A DNA stretch of 64,000 bases, taken from the NCBI GenBank assembly GCA_002269645.1, contig NIVC01002239.1, forward strand, positions 217,696-281,695, in the 5' to 3' direction. The DNA comes from Macrostomum lignano. Taxonomy: Eukaryota. This document shows positions 12,269 through 24,900 of the stretch, piece by piece. Every line of letters begins with the position of its first letter. Position 1 is the stretch's first letter. The translations under genes were made by a program, and so were the position numbers. The notes under the pieces are model-generated. The model was not told where the DNA came from and made no database searches. It saw only the letters and a list, made by a program, of their open reading frames with translations.

Positions 12269-13232
12269 CTGCTGATACGCTTTATATGTCGCTGGCATAC
12301 CATATAATACGACCAGATTACTGTTTCTGGGTTTGAAAACCCTTCGGCTGCGATCCTGGGAGTCACAAACAAACCAAATCATGTTTATCAGAGCGAGCAG
12401 TTTCCTGTGACTTGTATATTTTTAACTCCTTCAGCTTGATTTTGTTTGAAATTAAACCAGAACTCTTATCAAATTGAATCACTATGGCGTATTTTTACTC
12501 TGCACTCTTGTTTTGGTGTCTTGCAGCAACCCGAGATCTGAGCTGAATCAAATTCGCATTTAGTCTTAGACTGCGCAGCTATCTATAGATTCTTTAACTT
12601 CGGTCAACTCAATGCATTTATAATGTGAAATGTAGGACCAAAACTTATCCAGCACTCTATCTAGTTACCACGGCGTTCTATTCAAGCCTATCGAAGATCT
12701 AGAAAAGCCCGAAACTTACGAACGTAAATGTGTAAGTGTCAGCTTGGGGAAGCAAGGACATACTAGACTAGAATGAAGTGTTCCTAGTGGCCCTTCAGGG
12801 GAAGGCCAAACTTAATTTACAGCTGAAACTCCGGCTCCAAGATCTGCCCAAGCCTCTCCGTGAACCTTTTGCAGCTTCCTAACGCAGCTAATGCACTATC
12901 CAGTGAAATCTAGATTCCCGATCTCGAAAGTCCCTAACCAAAAAATAATGCTGTCGTGTCTGGAAGTTGAAGTCCAACAAAAATTCCAGGGGCATGTTTC
13001 GCAGATCCTCTACTGCAAAATGGCTTATTCTCGGGAGGCCAGAAATTCAAAAATAGGACGCCGCAGAGGACGTTTCCGTCATGCTCTCGAGGCACGCTGA
13101 TTAGCGAGGGTTCCCGATGTACTTTTAGCCTATCTGGATTGCCGGTGTCATCCAGTATCCAATTTCTGAAAATTCTGGTAACTTAGGAAACAAAAAAGAA
13201 GTAAGGAATGACTCCACTGCTTTCCTCAGATC

Positions 13233-13280
13233 AGTCTGTCTGTCTGTCTGTCTGTCCGTCTAATAAATCAACAAATCAAC

Positions 13281-13311
<31 letters not shown>

Positions 13312-13330
13312 ACAATCAATCAATTAATCA

Positions 13331-13364
<34 letters not shown>

Positions 13365-13369
13365 CCAAC

Positions 13370-13437
<68 letters not shown>

Positions 13438-13443
13438 TAATCA

Positions 13444-13498
<55 letters not shown>

Positions 13499-13515
13499 TA
13501 ATCAAATCAATCAAC

Positions 13516-13547
<32 letters not shown>

Positions 13548-13570
13548 TAATCAAATCAATCAACCAACCT

Positions 13571-13612
<42 letters not shown>

Positions 13613-13629
13613 TAATCAAATCAATCAAC

Positions 13630-13700
<71 letters not shown>

Positions 13701-13783
13701 CCAATCAATCAACCAATCAATCAAACAATCAATTAATCAGTCAATCAATCAATCAAATGAATGAATGAATGAATGAATGAATG

Positions 13784-13836
<53 letters not shown>

Positions 13837-13898
13837 GTCAATCAATCAATCAATCAATCAAATCAAAAAATCAAAAAATCAAAAAATCAATAATTCAC

Positions 13899-13935
<37 letters not shown>

Positions 13936-14170
13936 TGAATGAATGAATGAATGAATGAATGAATGAATGAATCAATCAATCAATCAATCAATCAGTCAAT
14001 CAATCAATCAATTAATAAATCAAACAATCAATCAACCAAATGATCAATCAATCAATCAATCAAACAATCAATTAATCAATCAATCAACAAATCAACCAAT
14101 CAACCAATCAATCAATCACACATTAATAAATCAGCAAATTAATCAACAAATTAATCAATCTAACAACCAA
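13233..14170. repeat. Compound tetranucleotide microsatellite (TCAA)n with (TGAA)n inserts, about 940 bp
   Basis: Long atca runs interrupted by gaat runs near 13757-13785 and 13934-13970, preceded by (tctg)n. Confidence 0.97.
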
Positions 14171-14451
14171 GCAATCATTGATTGCTTAACAGGTCAAAGG
14201 GCCTACCTTGAATCGTTTTCTTTAACTCTTACCGTTTGCGATGTTAATTAATGTTTTTCAGAGTGCCAAAGACTCCGCACTACACTTCATAGCGCAATAA
14301 ACCCATGCGTTTGCCTTCAATTTATTTTTCTGTTATGCGTTATGCGGTTTAGCAAAAAAACAAGATAAGTTGCTTTTGTTTGGCTGCTTTGCTATCCGTT
14401 AGTGAAAAAAAAATTACCAAGAATTTATTTCAAGAAAGAATTTCGCGCAGG

Positions 14452-17065
14452 TCACAGCGGCATCAGGCGGATGCATCTGGGCGTCCAGTTGGTCCTGTCT
14501 GCCTCGTGCAGGCCCAGAGTTCGAATCTCGCTGCGCCGCGCATCGTCCACGAAGCTGCAGGCGCAGAACAGGATGCCGTTGACGGGCAGCCAGGCCAGCG
14601 GGCCGGGCAGCAACGCCGGGTCGCGGAAGTTGCCGACTTTTTCCAGCACGTCCCGGCGCAGCTGGTAGATCTGGATGCAGCGCTCGGCCAGCAGGGACAG
14701 GAACAGCAGGCCCAGCTTGTTGCAGGCCGCCACGTGCTTCGGTCCCCGACGGTAGGTCATTTGCAGGTTCTGGCGCAGCCGGCCGGAGTCGATCTCGATC
14801 ACCTGGACGGCCTCGTCTGTCTGGGCAATCACTGCCAGGTTGCTCAGGGTGCACATCTCCGTTGGCGAGGACAGCGGATGGTAGCCGCTGAACGGGTGCC
14901 GACTCCACGGTGTAAGGCGGGGCAGCTCGTACACCTGGATGAAGTAGTTGCCCTTCTGGTCGTTGCCCGGCTTGCAGGTAGCGATGTAGGCGATCCGCTC
15001 GTACACTGCCATGGCCAGGATGGGGAAGCGGCGCTCGCTCATGGACAAGCGAACTCCGTCCGGCCGAATCACCTAGCGGAGGATTTTATGCGGCCAGTTT
15101 AGCCAAACAAACTATTGAGCTAGTTAACTTTAGATCAGCAAATGCTACGTGTCCTTTACTCTGTGCTCCGTGTCCTGTACTCTCTGTTCTCCGTGTCCTG
15201 TACTCTCTGTTCTCCGTGTCCTGTACTCTCTGTTCTCCGTGTCCTGTACTCTCTGTTCTCTGTGTCATGTACTCAATGCTCCGTGTCCTGTACTCTCTGT
15301 TCTCTGTGTCATGTACTCAATGCTCCGTGTCCTGTACTCTCTGTTCTCCGTGTCCTGTACTCTCTGTTCTCCGTGTCCTGTACTTTGTGCTCCGTGTCCT
15401 GTACTTTGTGCTCCGTGTCCTGTACTCTATGTTCTCCGTGACCTGTACTCTCTGTTCTCCGTGTCCTGTACTCTCTGTTCTCTGTGTCATGTACTCAATG
15501 CTCCGTGTCCTGTACTCTCGGTTCTCCGTGTCCATTACTCAATGCTACGTGTCCTGTACTCAATACAAACCTGCAAATTGCACGTGGTCGCTACCAGCAG
15601 ATGTCCGGAGGGCAGCACGCAGGCGGAACGGGCCCAGATGCGCCAGTCGAGGCGCCTGCTAGCCGCCAAGTCGTCCCCGGAGAAGGTGACGGAGCGGAAG
15701 CAGATGCCTCTGCTCGGCTCCGCGCAGATGAGCCGCCGGCCTACGGGGTCAAAGGAGAGAGAGATCACCGGCTCGGGGAGGCGGCAGGCCATCAGCTGCG
15801 TCAGCGCCAAAATTGACTTTGGACCTGGCGGAGGCGGGTTCGGCAGCAGCGGCAACGGCCGAGCCGCTTTGGGAGGCGGAAGCTGCTGGTGGTGCTGCAT
15901 CGTGAGTTGATGCTCCTGCTGCTTCAGGCGAGCTCTCTGCTGTTTTGCCTTCGCCGAATCGTCCAGCGGATCCGGCAGGTGCAGGGCCAGTTGCGGCAGG
16001 CGCCTCGTGGACTCCAAGTTGCTGCCTGCGGACAGCGGCTCGTCGGACGGGCGAATTTCCAAGGTTGATAGCTCTTGCTGCTCACCAGCCTGCTGCTCAC
16101 CAGTTTGCTGCTCACCAGCTTGCTGCTCACCAGCTTGCTGCTCACCAGTTGGCTGCTCACCAGCTTGCTGCTCACCAGTTTGCTGCTCACCAGCTTGCTG
16201 CTCACCAGCCTGCTGCTCACCAGTTTTCTGCTCACCAGCTTGCTGCTCACCAGCCTGCTGCTCACCAGCTTGCTGCTCCTGCTCGTCAGATTTCTGCTCC
16301 CGCTTATCGATCGGAAGGTGCAGTCGCAATGCCACCGCATCGAGACTAGCTTCGTCGTGACCAGGATCCCTTTAGTTCCATCAACACAGTTATCGAACGC
16401 TTGATTATTTGAAACTCGCACTGATGCTCCCTCATCAGTATTATATGCTGCAAATTAGGTTCTAAATTGGTGCAAACACAAACAGCAGCTCACCGCATCG
16501 CTGACTGGCGCTGAGAATCCCTGGCGGCTGCCAGGCTGCTGGAGTTCCGCAGGCTGCAGTCCAGCAGCGTCACAGACGAGGAGTTGTCGCGATCGTCGGC
16601 GCCCTCCGTCTCCTCCAGGATCTCCCAGCCTTCTTCGCCTTCGTCAGCTTCGCGACTGGCCAGCAGCTGCCGGAGACGACGCTGGGCCGCCTCCAGCCGC
16701 TGGAGCTGCTGCCGGGCGTCGCGACCCAGGCCGAGAAGACGCCTTCGCCGGCGAAGTCTATGAAGCAGCCGCATGTACTCGGAGATGTCCAGCTGCTCCA
16801 AGCTGCTCTGCCCCTGGCTGCGGTCCGCGCCAACTGGAGCCGCCGTTGCAGTCTTTGTGCTGGTCATCAGACTCCTTGTAGCCCTAGTCATAGTTTTGGT
16901 CCTCATCTGCCCGTTGGCTGGACTCGGTGGCGACAAATCCAGCATCATCTCGAGCTGAAGCCAGTCATCGCGGGACACCGATGACGCGCTGGAGCCGGAC
17001 TCAGATTCGTTGAAGTTATCCCTGCTTTTGTGGACGTCGACTTGAGTGACCACTTCGCAGTCCAT
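14452..17065 (-). CDS. 3-exon gene (about 655 aa): coiled-coil, EQQAG repeat, Pro-rich linker and C-terminal beta-propeller-like (NHL/YVTN-type) domain
   Basis: Exons ~17065-16494, 16345-15571 and 15072-14452, phases 2 and 0 match. Short beta-strand blades: ISLSFDPVGRRLICAE, LPSGHLLVATTCNLQ|VIRPDG, HVAACNKLGLLFLSLLAERCIQIYQL, LAWLPVNGILFCAC. The start codon is uncertain (open frame extends to 17104). Confidence 0.7.
15143..15562. repeat. 21-23-bp minisatellite filling intron 2 of the propeller gene
   Basis: Unit ctctgttctccgtgtcctgtact, about 19 copies. Confidence 0.92.
16075..16280 (-). repeat. Coding 15-bp tandem repeat encoding (EQQAG)n, about 13 copies
   Basis: ctgctcaccagcttg units on the plus strand, in frame within exon 2. 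Confidence 0.85.
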
Positions 17066-17283
17066 TCTGTCGTGAGCGGCCGCGGTTCCTCCCGCTGAAC
17101 TCACTTGGTGCGAAAATCAAGGCCTGCGGCTGGCAGCCTCATCAGCTTCTCTATGGGCCAGGGTCTTCTGCAGAAGCGAACCAGTGCCACAGAGATTAAC
17201 TCAAGCTGCTATTTTGGAAGCATATTAAAAGCTTTTTTCCGCAATAAATATGCACATGGTTTTAATTATAGAACTCGTGACAA

Positions 17284-17523
17284 TTCTCACTGACTAGTGT
17301 GATTCTCACTGACTAGTGTGACTCTCACTGACTAGTGTGACTCTCACTGACTAGTGTGATTCTCACTGACTAGCGTGATTCTCACTGACTAGTGTGACTC
17401 TCACTGACTAGTGTGATTCTCACTGACTAGCGTGATTCTCACTGGCTAGTGTGACTCTCACTGACTAGTGTGACTCTCACTGACTAGCGTGATTCTCACT
17501 GACTAGTGTGACTCTCACAGACT
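17284..17523. repeat. 19-bp minisatellite, about 12 copies
   Basis: Unit ttctcactgactagtgtga containing the palindrome actagt. Confidence 0.92.
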
Positions 17524-18733
17524 GGGCCACCTCCATCTTTTCAGATCCTAAATTTCAGGCCCATCGCCACCTTCAGATCCTCTTTATGGGCCCATACTCC
17601 ACAGAGACCTCAGTTGGACTTTCCAATAGTATGCTTCAGCTCTCAGCGTCATTTGAAAAGTACAGTCCAGTTTTTATTTTCTAAGAAACCTTGTTTATCG
17701 CAGAGCTTATCTCAGTAAAAAACCTTATTACCAATACTGTATATTATTATTGATGCATAATGCATAACTAACTAGTACATAGCACCAAACTTTGTATTTG
17801 CTTCAGGTCATTATCATTTCGCACTCATTGATGAGAGCCATCAGCTCCAACTCCAGCATCAACTTCTACATCATCTAGCTTTTTAGCGGTGTGAAAGAGC
17901 CTTTACGCTTTTGCACTGTTTTGCGCTGTGCCGGTCAAGCTTCAAATTAACCAATACGAAACTGCCGCTCAACATTTGAATGCCGGTTGCCGGTGCCCGG
18001 TTTATTTACTGAACGGAAAGAGCTACATCTAGGTCGATAATCTAGTAGTAGTAGATCTAAGCAATATGATAAACTTGATCAGAAGAATTCTAACTGCTAG
18101 ATGCTAAATAAAAACTACTCGTACTATTAGTAGTTAAAAAGATAATATTGTAATAATAACCATAAAGAGATACAACCATTGCGAACTATTGTTGTATAAA
18201 GCTGGAGCGAATGCGGAATCATAAAAGCTGGGAGTAAATCATTCGTTATGATTTGTGAACAACCAGAATGAGGGCAAGGACTTCTAGGCTAGAAGGACGC
18301 TGCACTCGGCATGCCAGCGGGAGAAGTTGGTATTATTTAATTTATTAATTTTTCTCGTAAACGCGAGTTTCTTTCCGAACAAACGCCTATAATTCAGCAA
18401 ATTCTCAAACATCTGCGAGTGCAGCGCCCTGGGTGCAGTGCAGTCAGCGACATCCTTAGTGGCTCTTGAATTGACTGTGAATAACTATTTGTTGCACTTC
18501 ACTGCTTGTAAAATGTTAATAATTATAAATAGGGTTAAAGCATGTTACCAACACTGATTGCGTGAATGAGACTAGCTAAACGTCTAGCTGAACTTTCTAA
18601 AAAGTGCAAAAATTATAGCGAAAATCTGCCAGCTCTAGGTGGCGAAGTACAGGATGAAAGATGACAAAACTAAAATGAATCCGTGTCTGAATCAGTTCTG
18701 CAATCTGATTGCAGAATTTTATCATTGATTATC

Positions 18734-18862
18734 CCTGACTCCCAAAGTGGCTCCCCTGACACACAGAGTGGCTCCCCTGACACCCAGGGTGGCTCCCCCT
18801 GACACCCAGAGTGGCTCCCTGACACACAGAGTGGCTCCCTGACACACAGAGTGGCTCCCCCT
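18734..18862. repeat. About 20-bp tandem repeat, about 6 copies, just downstream of the ATRR-like gene
   Basis: Unit gacacacagagtggctccc(c)t. Confidence 0.85.
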
Positions 18863-18961
18863 GCACCTGATGCTTCCTCAATCTATTAAATACGCCTTCG
18901 AATTCCATCGAGGTACTTTCAGTCCCCATATCGCCTGCAAACAGTAAAAAAGTGCAGCAGC

Positions 18962-21900
18962 TCAAATCGGTGCCTCCCGAGGCTCCACCAGGATCTCGTT
19001 GACGCCCACGTGCGGCGGCTGCTGCACAGCGTACAGAATCGCCCTGGCGACGTCCTCCGGCTCAAGCATGGTGTACTTGCCCTGCCCGCTGAACTCCTTG
19101 TGCGCTTCCGAATCCGCGTCGTCCCGGCAGGCCTGCAGTTGAGCAAAGGAGATGCGGGTCATCGGGGTCGGAGCGGAGAATTGAGATAAGTGGATGGAGT
19201 TGAATTTTAGCATTAAAGCCATTCTTTTCTCTGTGGCGAAAATACAGCAGCGAAATTATCAACACAACCGGCGAGAGGCATTGCTGCCCATTCCGCCGAC
19301 TCCCCGAGCAGGCACACAAGCGCGCGGATACGTACGCAGTCATACGCGCAGACACACCCTCACACAGGAGTGTACAGCGGCCCTGAGTTTCTAATCTTCA
19401 GGCATGTACACTTCACTGTGCCCTGGGGGTTGGCCCTCAAGGGTGTTAATTCCACGAGTAGAGCCAAGCCGATATTCCAGTTTAGCCCCAAATTAATGTG
19501 ACCACACTTGGAATCGAGCCCGGGCCGCTGGCACATCAGAGTGACTGGGGAATTGCGACCGATGAACGCTAATCAAAATACGCTTGTTCAGCACTTCCTA
19601 GCTCCCATTGTCCCTTTCGGAAGATAGAAGCTTCACAAAATAGGAAATTTCATATCAACGAACAATCTACCGAAGAACTCTCTATAGCTTAACAGTAACG
19701 TTTATTTGCCATTTCGTGCTTTTGAAGTCTCGAGCAAATGAAAGGGCCGGAAAGTCTTTTTCGAGCTTGTGAAACGCTCTCTACCGTCCCTCTACAGTCA
19801 TCACAGTAGGCACTCTGACTCAGCTTGCGAGGGAAAACCTGCCAGCCAGAATGAGAAGCATTAGAAATCCAGTGCCTCTTGTTCTCAAAACCTGCTCACC
19901 TGCAGCGGAGTTCTCACGTCCCCGGGCTGCACGCAGGTGACGCGAAGGCCTCGACTCGCCACCTCGAGGCGCAGGGCCCTGGAGTAGCCTTCCACGAAGA
20001 ATTTGGAGCCCGTGTACACGGCCAAGCCCGGAAACGGAGCCCGACCAGCGTCGCTGCTCAAGTTGACGATGTGGCCGCCACCCCTGTCCAGCATGATGGG
20101 CAGCACGGCCTCCACCGTGTGCACCAGGCCTCGGCAGTTGACGTCGATGGTGCGGTCGGTGAGGTGCGTCAGGCCGCTGAACGCCCTGGTATAGTACATC
20201 ACCCCGGCGCTGTTCACCAGGATGTCCGGCTGGCCGAGCAGCGACCGGCAGCGCGCCACGGCGGCCTCGACCTCGGCGCGGGAGGTCACGTCGGCTGGGC
20301 AGGCGACCGCCACGCCCTGCGCAGCCAGAATGCCTTGGCGCACCTGCTCCAGCTGGTCAGCGCGCCTGGCAACCAGCGCCACCTGGCAGCCGTCTCTAGC
20401 CAGGGCCTGCGCTACCGCCTGTGGTTGTTGGGAAACAGGGACTTTTGTGCATGACTTCGGACAGCAAGCTCACTAGATGCAGGATGTTGTCTTCTTAATG
20501 CAACAATTGAAACCTCGGGATTCACATGGCGGACGGAAATTGTTGAACAATTATTGAGCTTTTCCCATTTAATTCTGAATGCGCTTTGGGACCAGGTGGA
20601 AGCTTTTTTACGGAAGAGAAATTATGGATAGATTTTAATTCGCTAATGGCGGACATCCAAAATACATTCTACTATACTTCGACGCTTTTAATTGTACAAT
20701 TCTCTATTGACCTCTCATTCACTTGCAATACAGTGAGGTTCTGTTCGCACCTGTCCGATTCCGCTGCTGGCCCCGGTAACCATGGCAACCTTGCCTAGCA
20801 ACGCTCCGCCGGAGGTGTTTCTCCTGGCCCGCGGCAGGAGGCCCCGCTCGGCCAGGCGGGCCACGTACACGGCCAGCAGGCTGGACTCGATGGCCGGATA
20901 TCCGCTCTCCAAGCCCAGGCTGGGCAGAGCAGCACGCAGCTGCCTCGAGTCAAAGGTGCTGAGCTGCCCAAAGTACTGGGATCCGCCAGACGGGGCCAGC
21001 TCCTCCAACAGGCGCAGCAGCGATGCGATTGGCTGGCAGGCCTCAGCTAGTTGCCGCAGCTCCACCAGCCAATCAGCGTAGTCCACGCGGCGCAAGGTAT
21101 AGCCGCTAACCGACAACCAATCGCAGAGCAGGTCAAAGCTGATTGGCTGCGGATTAACCAGGTGAAAAATCTTGCCAGCGTGCAGGCTGAGCTGGGCCAT
21201 GGCGCGCACGATGACCTCGCTGGTAAAGTCTACCGGAGTGAACTCCAAGCGCCAGTTGAGACGGGGCGCCTGCCCACTGCGTAGCACACCCTGAAAGTCG
21301 GTGAGTAGCAAAAAGTGCTTAGTAAGTGTTCTTTCAGGAACTGCACCAGTACGCACAGCCACTCGGCAAGATAACTATGTCCATTGATACCCCCGTGGGT
21401 CCACAGCAGCAACCAACCTGCAGCATGAGCAGCGTCAGGTCCTGCGGGTTCCAGGCGGCGTTGGCCCGGTCCCCGGCTTGGTTGCCCAGCCGGTACACGA
21501 TCACCGGCATGCCTCGGGCCCGAGCCTTCATGAGCAGCTGCTCGGCCACCCATTTGGTCTGGCTGTATCCGTCGGCGAGTTCTTGAGCGTGGACGCTGGT
21601 GTCGGCGTCCTCGCGGCAGTCGGCCAGACCGTTCGGAAACACAGCGTCGGTGCTGACATAGTGCACTGGCTTGACGCGGACCGCTGACGCAAACAGGATC
21701 ACGTTCTGCGTGCCCAGCACGTTCGGTCCGTACAGAGCCTGTGAATGGTCGGAATTCAGTGCACTTTTTCTGGTTTTGTCGGTCTGTGAGTGACTGCAGA
21801 GGGCTAGCAGAGCAACTAGCATGCGCTAAAACAGCAAATAAGGAGAGTCCCTCACCGTGTACGGGTAAATAAGGTTTACGTAGGCACCAGCGTGAATCAC

Positions 21901-24900
21901 TACGTCGATCTCGCTGCTCAGGAAGGCGTAGTCATCCTCTGAGAGGCCGAACTTCACCAGGCTGAGGTCTCCTGCGAATGGCGTCAGTTTTTAACAATGA
22001 GAATTGCAGTTTTCTTAGAAAACAGGTCTTGACTTCGCCAGCTTCGCCCTGATTTGCCGACACCAGGATAGGAGAAACTCTGAGGCTTCTTATATGTCTG
22101 AAATTCCCTACAGGTAGGTCGGGTTGCCCAAAACTCCAATGCGAACTTTGCAACCAGCAGCGCACTCACCCCTAATAACGGTCACCCGGGCTTCAAAAGC
22201 AGCCGCAAGGTCCTTTGTTTGATCATCCTCCTGTCCTTTGGGCCGCAAGATGAGGAACTGCTCTAGGGTAGATCTCAGCCTCCGCTGCAGGCCCCCAGGG
22301 TCGCCGCTTCCGGTCTCGCGAACCAAACAGAAGACTTGCGTTTCGGTGAGGCGCAGCAGGTCGCGCAACAGGAAGGCGCCAAGGAAGCCAGTAGCGCCGG
22401 TTAGAAGGACGCGGCCGCGGGACCAGCGCGACTTGTTGAAGTGCGGGTTGCGCCAGAATGCGCGCAGCTGGATATCCAGGCTGCCGAATGATTTGGCATG
22501 TGAGATTGGGTTAGGCACAATACTGACATTGTCGCGACTTTCCTATTCATTTCTTAGTTCACCTTCACTTGTCTCTGTTTACTCTGTTTTCTCTCTCTCT
22601 CTCTGTCTAGCTCAATCTTGTTATTCTTATCTCTCTTTCCCTTACTGCCTTCTGATTGGCTCTCCATTCTCGCCTCTCTCTTCAGTCGCGCACTCCACTC
22701 CCTCTCCTTATTATTCTGGGCTCAACCCCCCAAAGTTAAATGTTCAATAAATATATCGGTTTGGGCCCTGCGCCCACTTACTGGCTCCTTTAGTATTCAA
22801 TTTAACATCTAATTTAGTTCTAGTGTTTTTAGTTTTATTTTCTCTACAGGCATAAAACAGGCAGGTAGGCAGATTCCAACGGCTCACTCTGAAGCCTGCG
22901 GCTGGTCATGATTGGCCACCTCGGTTTTCAAATCGAAGGTTCTCGCCTCGGCCTCCGGCGTTTCGTCGGCGGTCCCAGTGCCCCGCGCCGCCGCAGCGTC
23001 GATCAGGCGGGCCATCTCCTGCACCGTGGGGTATTGGAACAGCTCCTTCACGGACAGCTGGCAGCCCAGCTGCTCGTTCACCTTTGAGAGCAGCTTTGTC
23101 GCTAGCAGGGAGTGGCTGGAAAACGGCGATGGTTTGGCTGCTGTGGACTGGGATTTGCCTGCGAACTTGGGTCTTTCTGCTTTGGAAAATTAAAGCAAAC
23201 TGAGATCATTTTGCCCTGATCTGTTCAAAATACAAATCTTCGAAAAAATGACCTACAGTTGCTATACGAAGTCAGCCTATCTTACCCGCCGTAGTCGAAG
23301 AAGCTCTCCTGTATGTCGATCTCCTTGATGTCCAGTGTAGCCATCCAGATGGCCGCCAGGCTTTTCTCTGTGGCGGTCTGCGGCAGAAACGAGCAGTCCA
23401 GGCTCTCTTGGGCCTTGTCGAAGGGAGGCAGCGAGGCCTTGTCCAGCTTGCCGATCGCGCTTACGGGCAGGCTACGATGGGTGGGTAGTAAAATTTAATG
23501 ACATAGGTACTGCACTGCAACTCTGTGGCTGCTCATGGTTAGCACGTTCATGTGAGCAGGCTTCCTAAGTATTCTACACAGAATCGCACTCAGACAGGGG
23601 CTCACTCGGCCAGGAAGACGAAGTAGCTTGGGATCATGTAGAACGGCAGCTTTCGTTTCAGAGCGGATCGCAGCTGCCTTTTTGTGAGGTCGCCGTTCGA
23701 TGGAACAACGTACGCCACAAGGAACTTGTCCTCGCCTTCGCCGCCCTTCACCAGCACCACACAGGCGTTGACGAGCCCACTGTCCAGCAGGGCCACCTCG
23801 ATCGCCTGAACCTCCACGGAGTAGCCCCGGATTTTGACCATACTGTCGCAGCGACCGCAGATCTCCAGGCTGCTGTCCGAGAGCAGGTAGCCCCAGTCGC
23901 CTGTGCGGTACAGCCGCTCACCCGCCTGGCTGCCGAGGGCTTTCGGCGCCTGAATGAACTTGCTGCGATTCAGGTCTGGGCGCTTCACGTAGCCTTTGGC
24001 CAGGGTTGGCCCGGCCACGTAGATCTGCGATCGAGCGGAAATGGGTTTGACAGATATACGAATGCAAGTAGTCAGTCTCGGTTCAGGGTTTTTGTCATTT
24101 TTGGTCGAAACTCTATAGTAATATTGAATTACCTCTACCGGTCCCCAACTTTTGAACGGAACTCTTACCTCTCCAGCCGCCCCCACCGGCTGCGGATTGA
24201 GCGCTTCGTCTAAGATGACCACCTGGACTCCTGGTAGCAGCCAGCCCACGGGGCAGAACTTGCGTCGTTCCTCCGGTCTGTGCTGAATCCGCTTCAGGTA
24301 GTCCGTAAGATCTCTGGCGGCCACGTCGTGACACTCGGAGATACTGTACAGGTTGATGACGCGGGTGCTGGGCAGCATTGACTGACAGCGCTCCAAGAGG
24401 CTTGTGGTAACCACCTCGCCGCAAAGCCAGATTTGCCTGTAAATGTTTTGGTGTTTCAAAGTCGCTGCCATACAATCTGGGATCATGGAACGGTGTAATG
24501 TCTATTCATTATGGAGGTATAGAAACATAGAAAATTTAGGACAAAATTTTAGTACGAACTTGAGGCTCGCGCAAGCCTCTTGAACTCTTTCCGCCTCCGA
24601 ATCAAGCACCGTCTCCAGCAATGACGGCGTGAACAGCATCCGGGTGATGCAGTTTTTCCGCATATACTCCAGCAGCTTTGGTGGATCGTAGATGACATCA
24701 TCGGGCACCACATAAAGGCATTGACCCTTCATCAACGGACGCAGCATCTCCCATACAAAGAAAACGTTACAGGCTTCGCGCTCCGGTCCGTTGGACTCGT
24801 CATAAGGGTAAGTCACGTGACGCCAGTGGTAGGAAAAGACAGCACCGCGGTGCGGCATGCCGATGCCTTTCGGCTTGCCGGTGGTGCCGCTGGAGTATAC

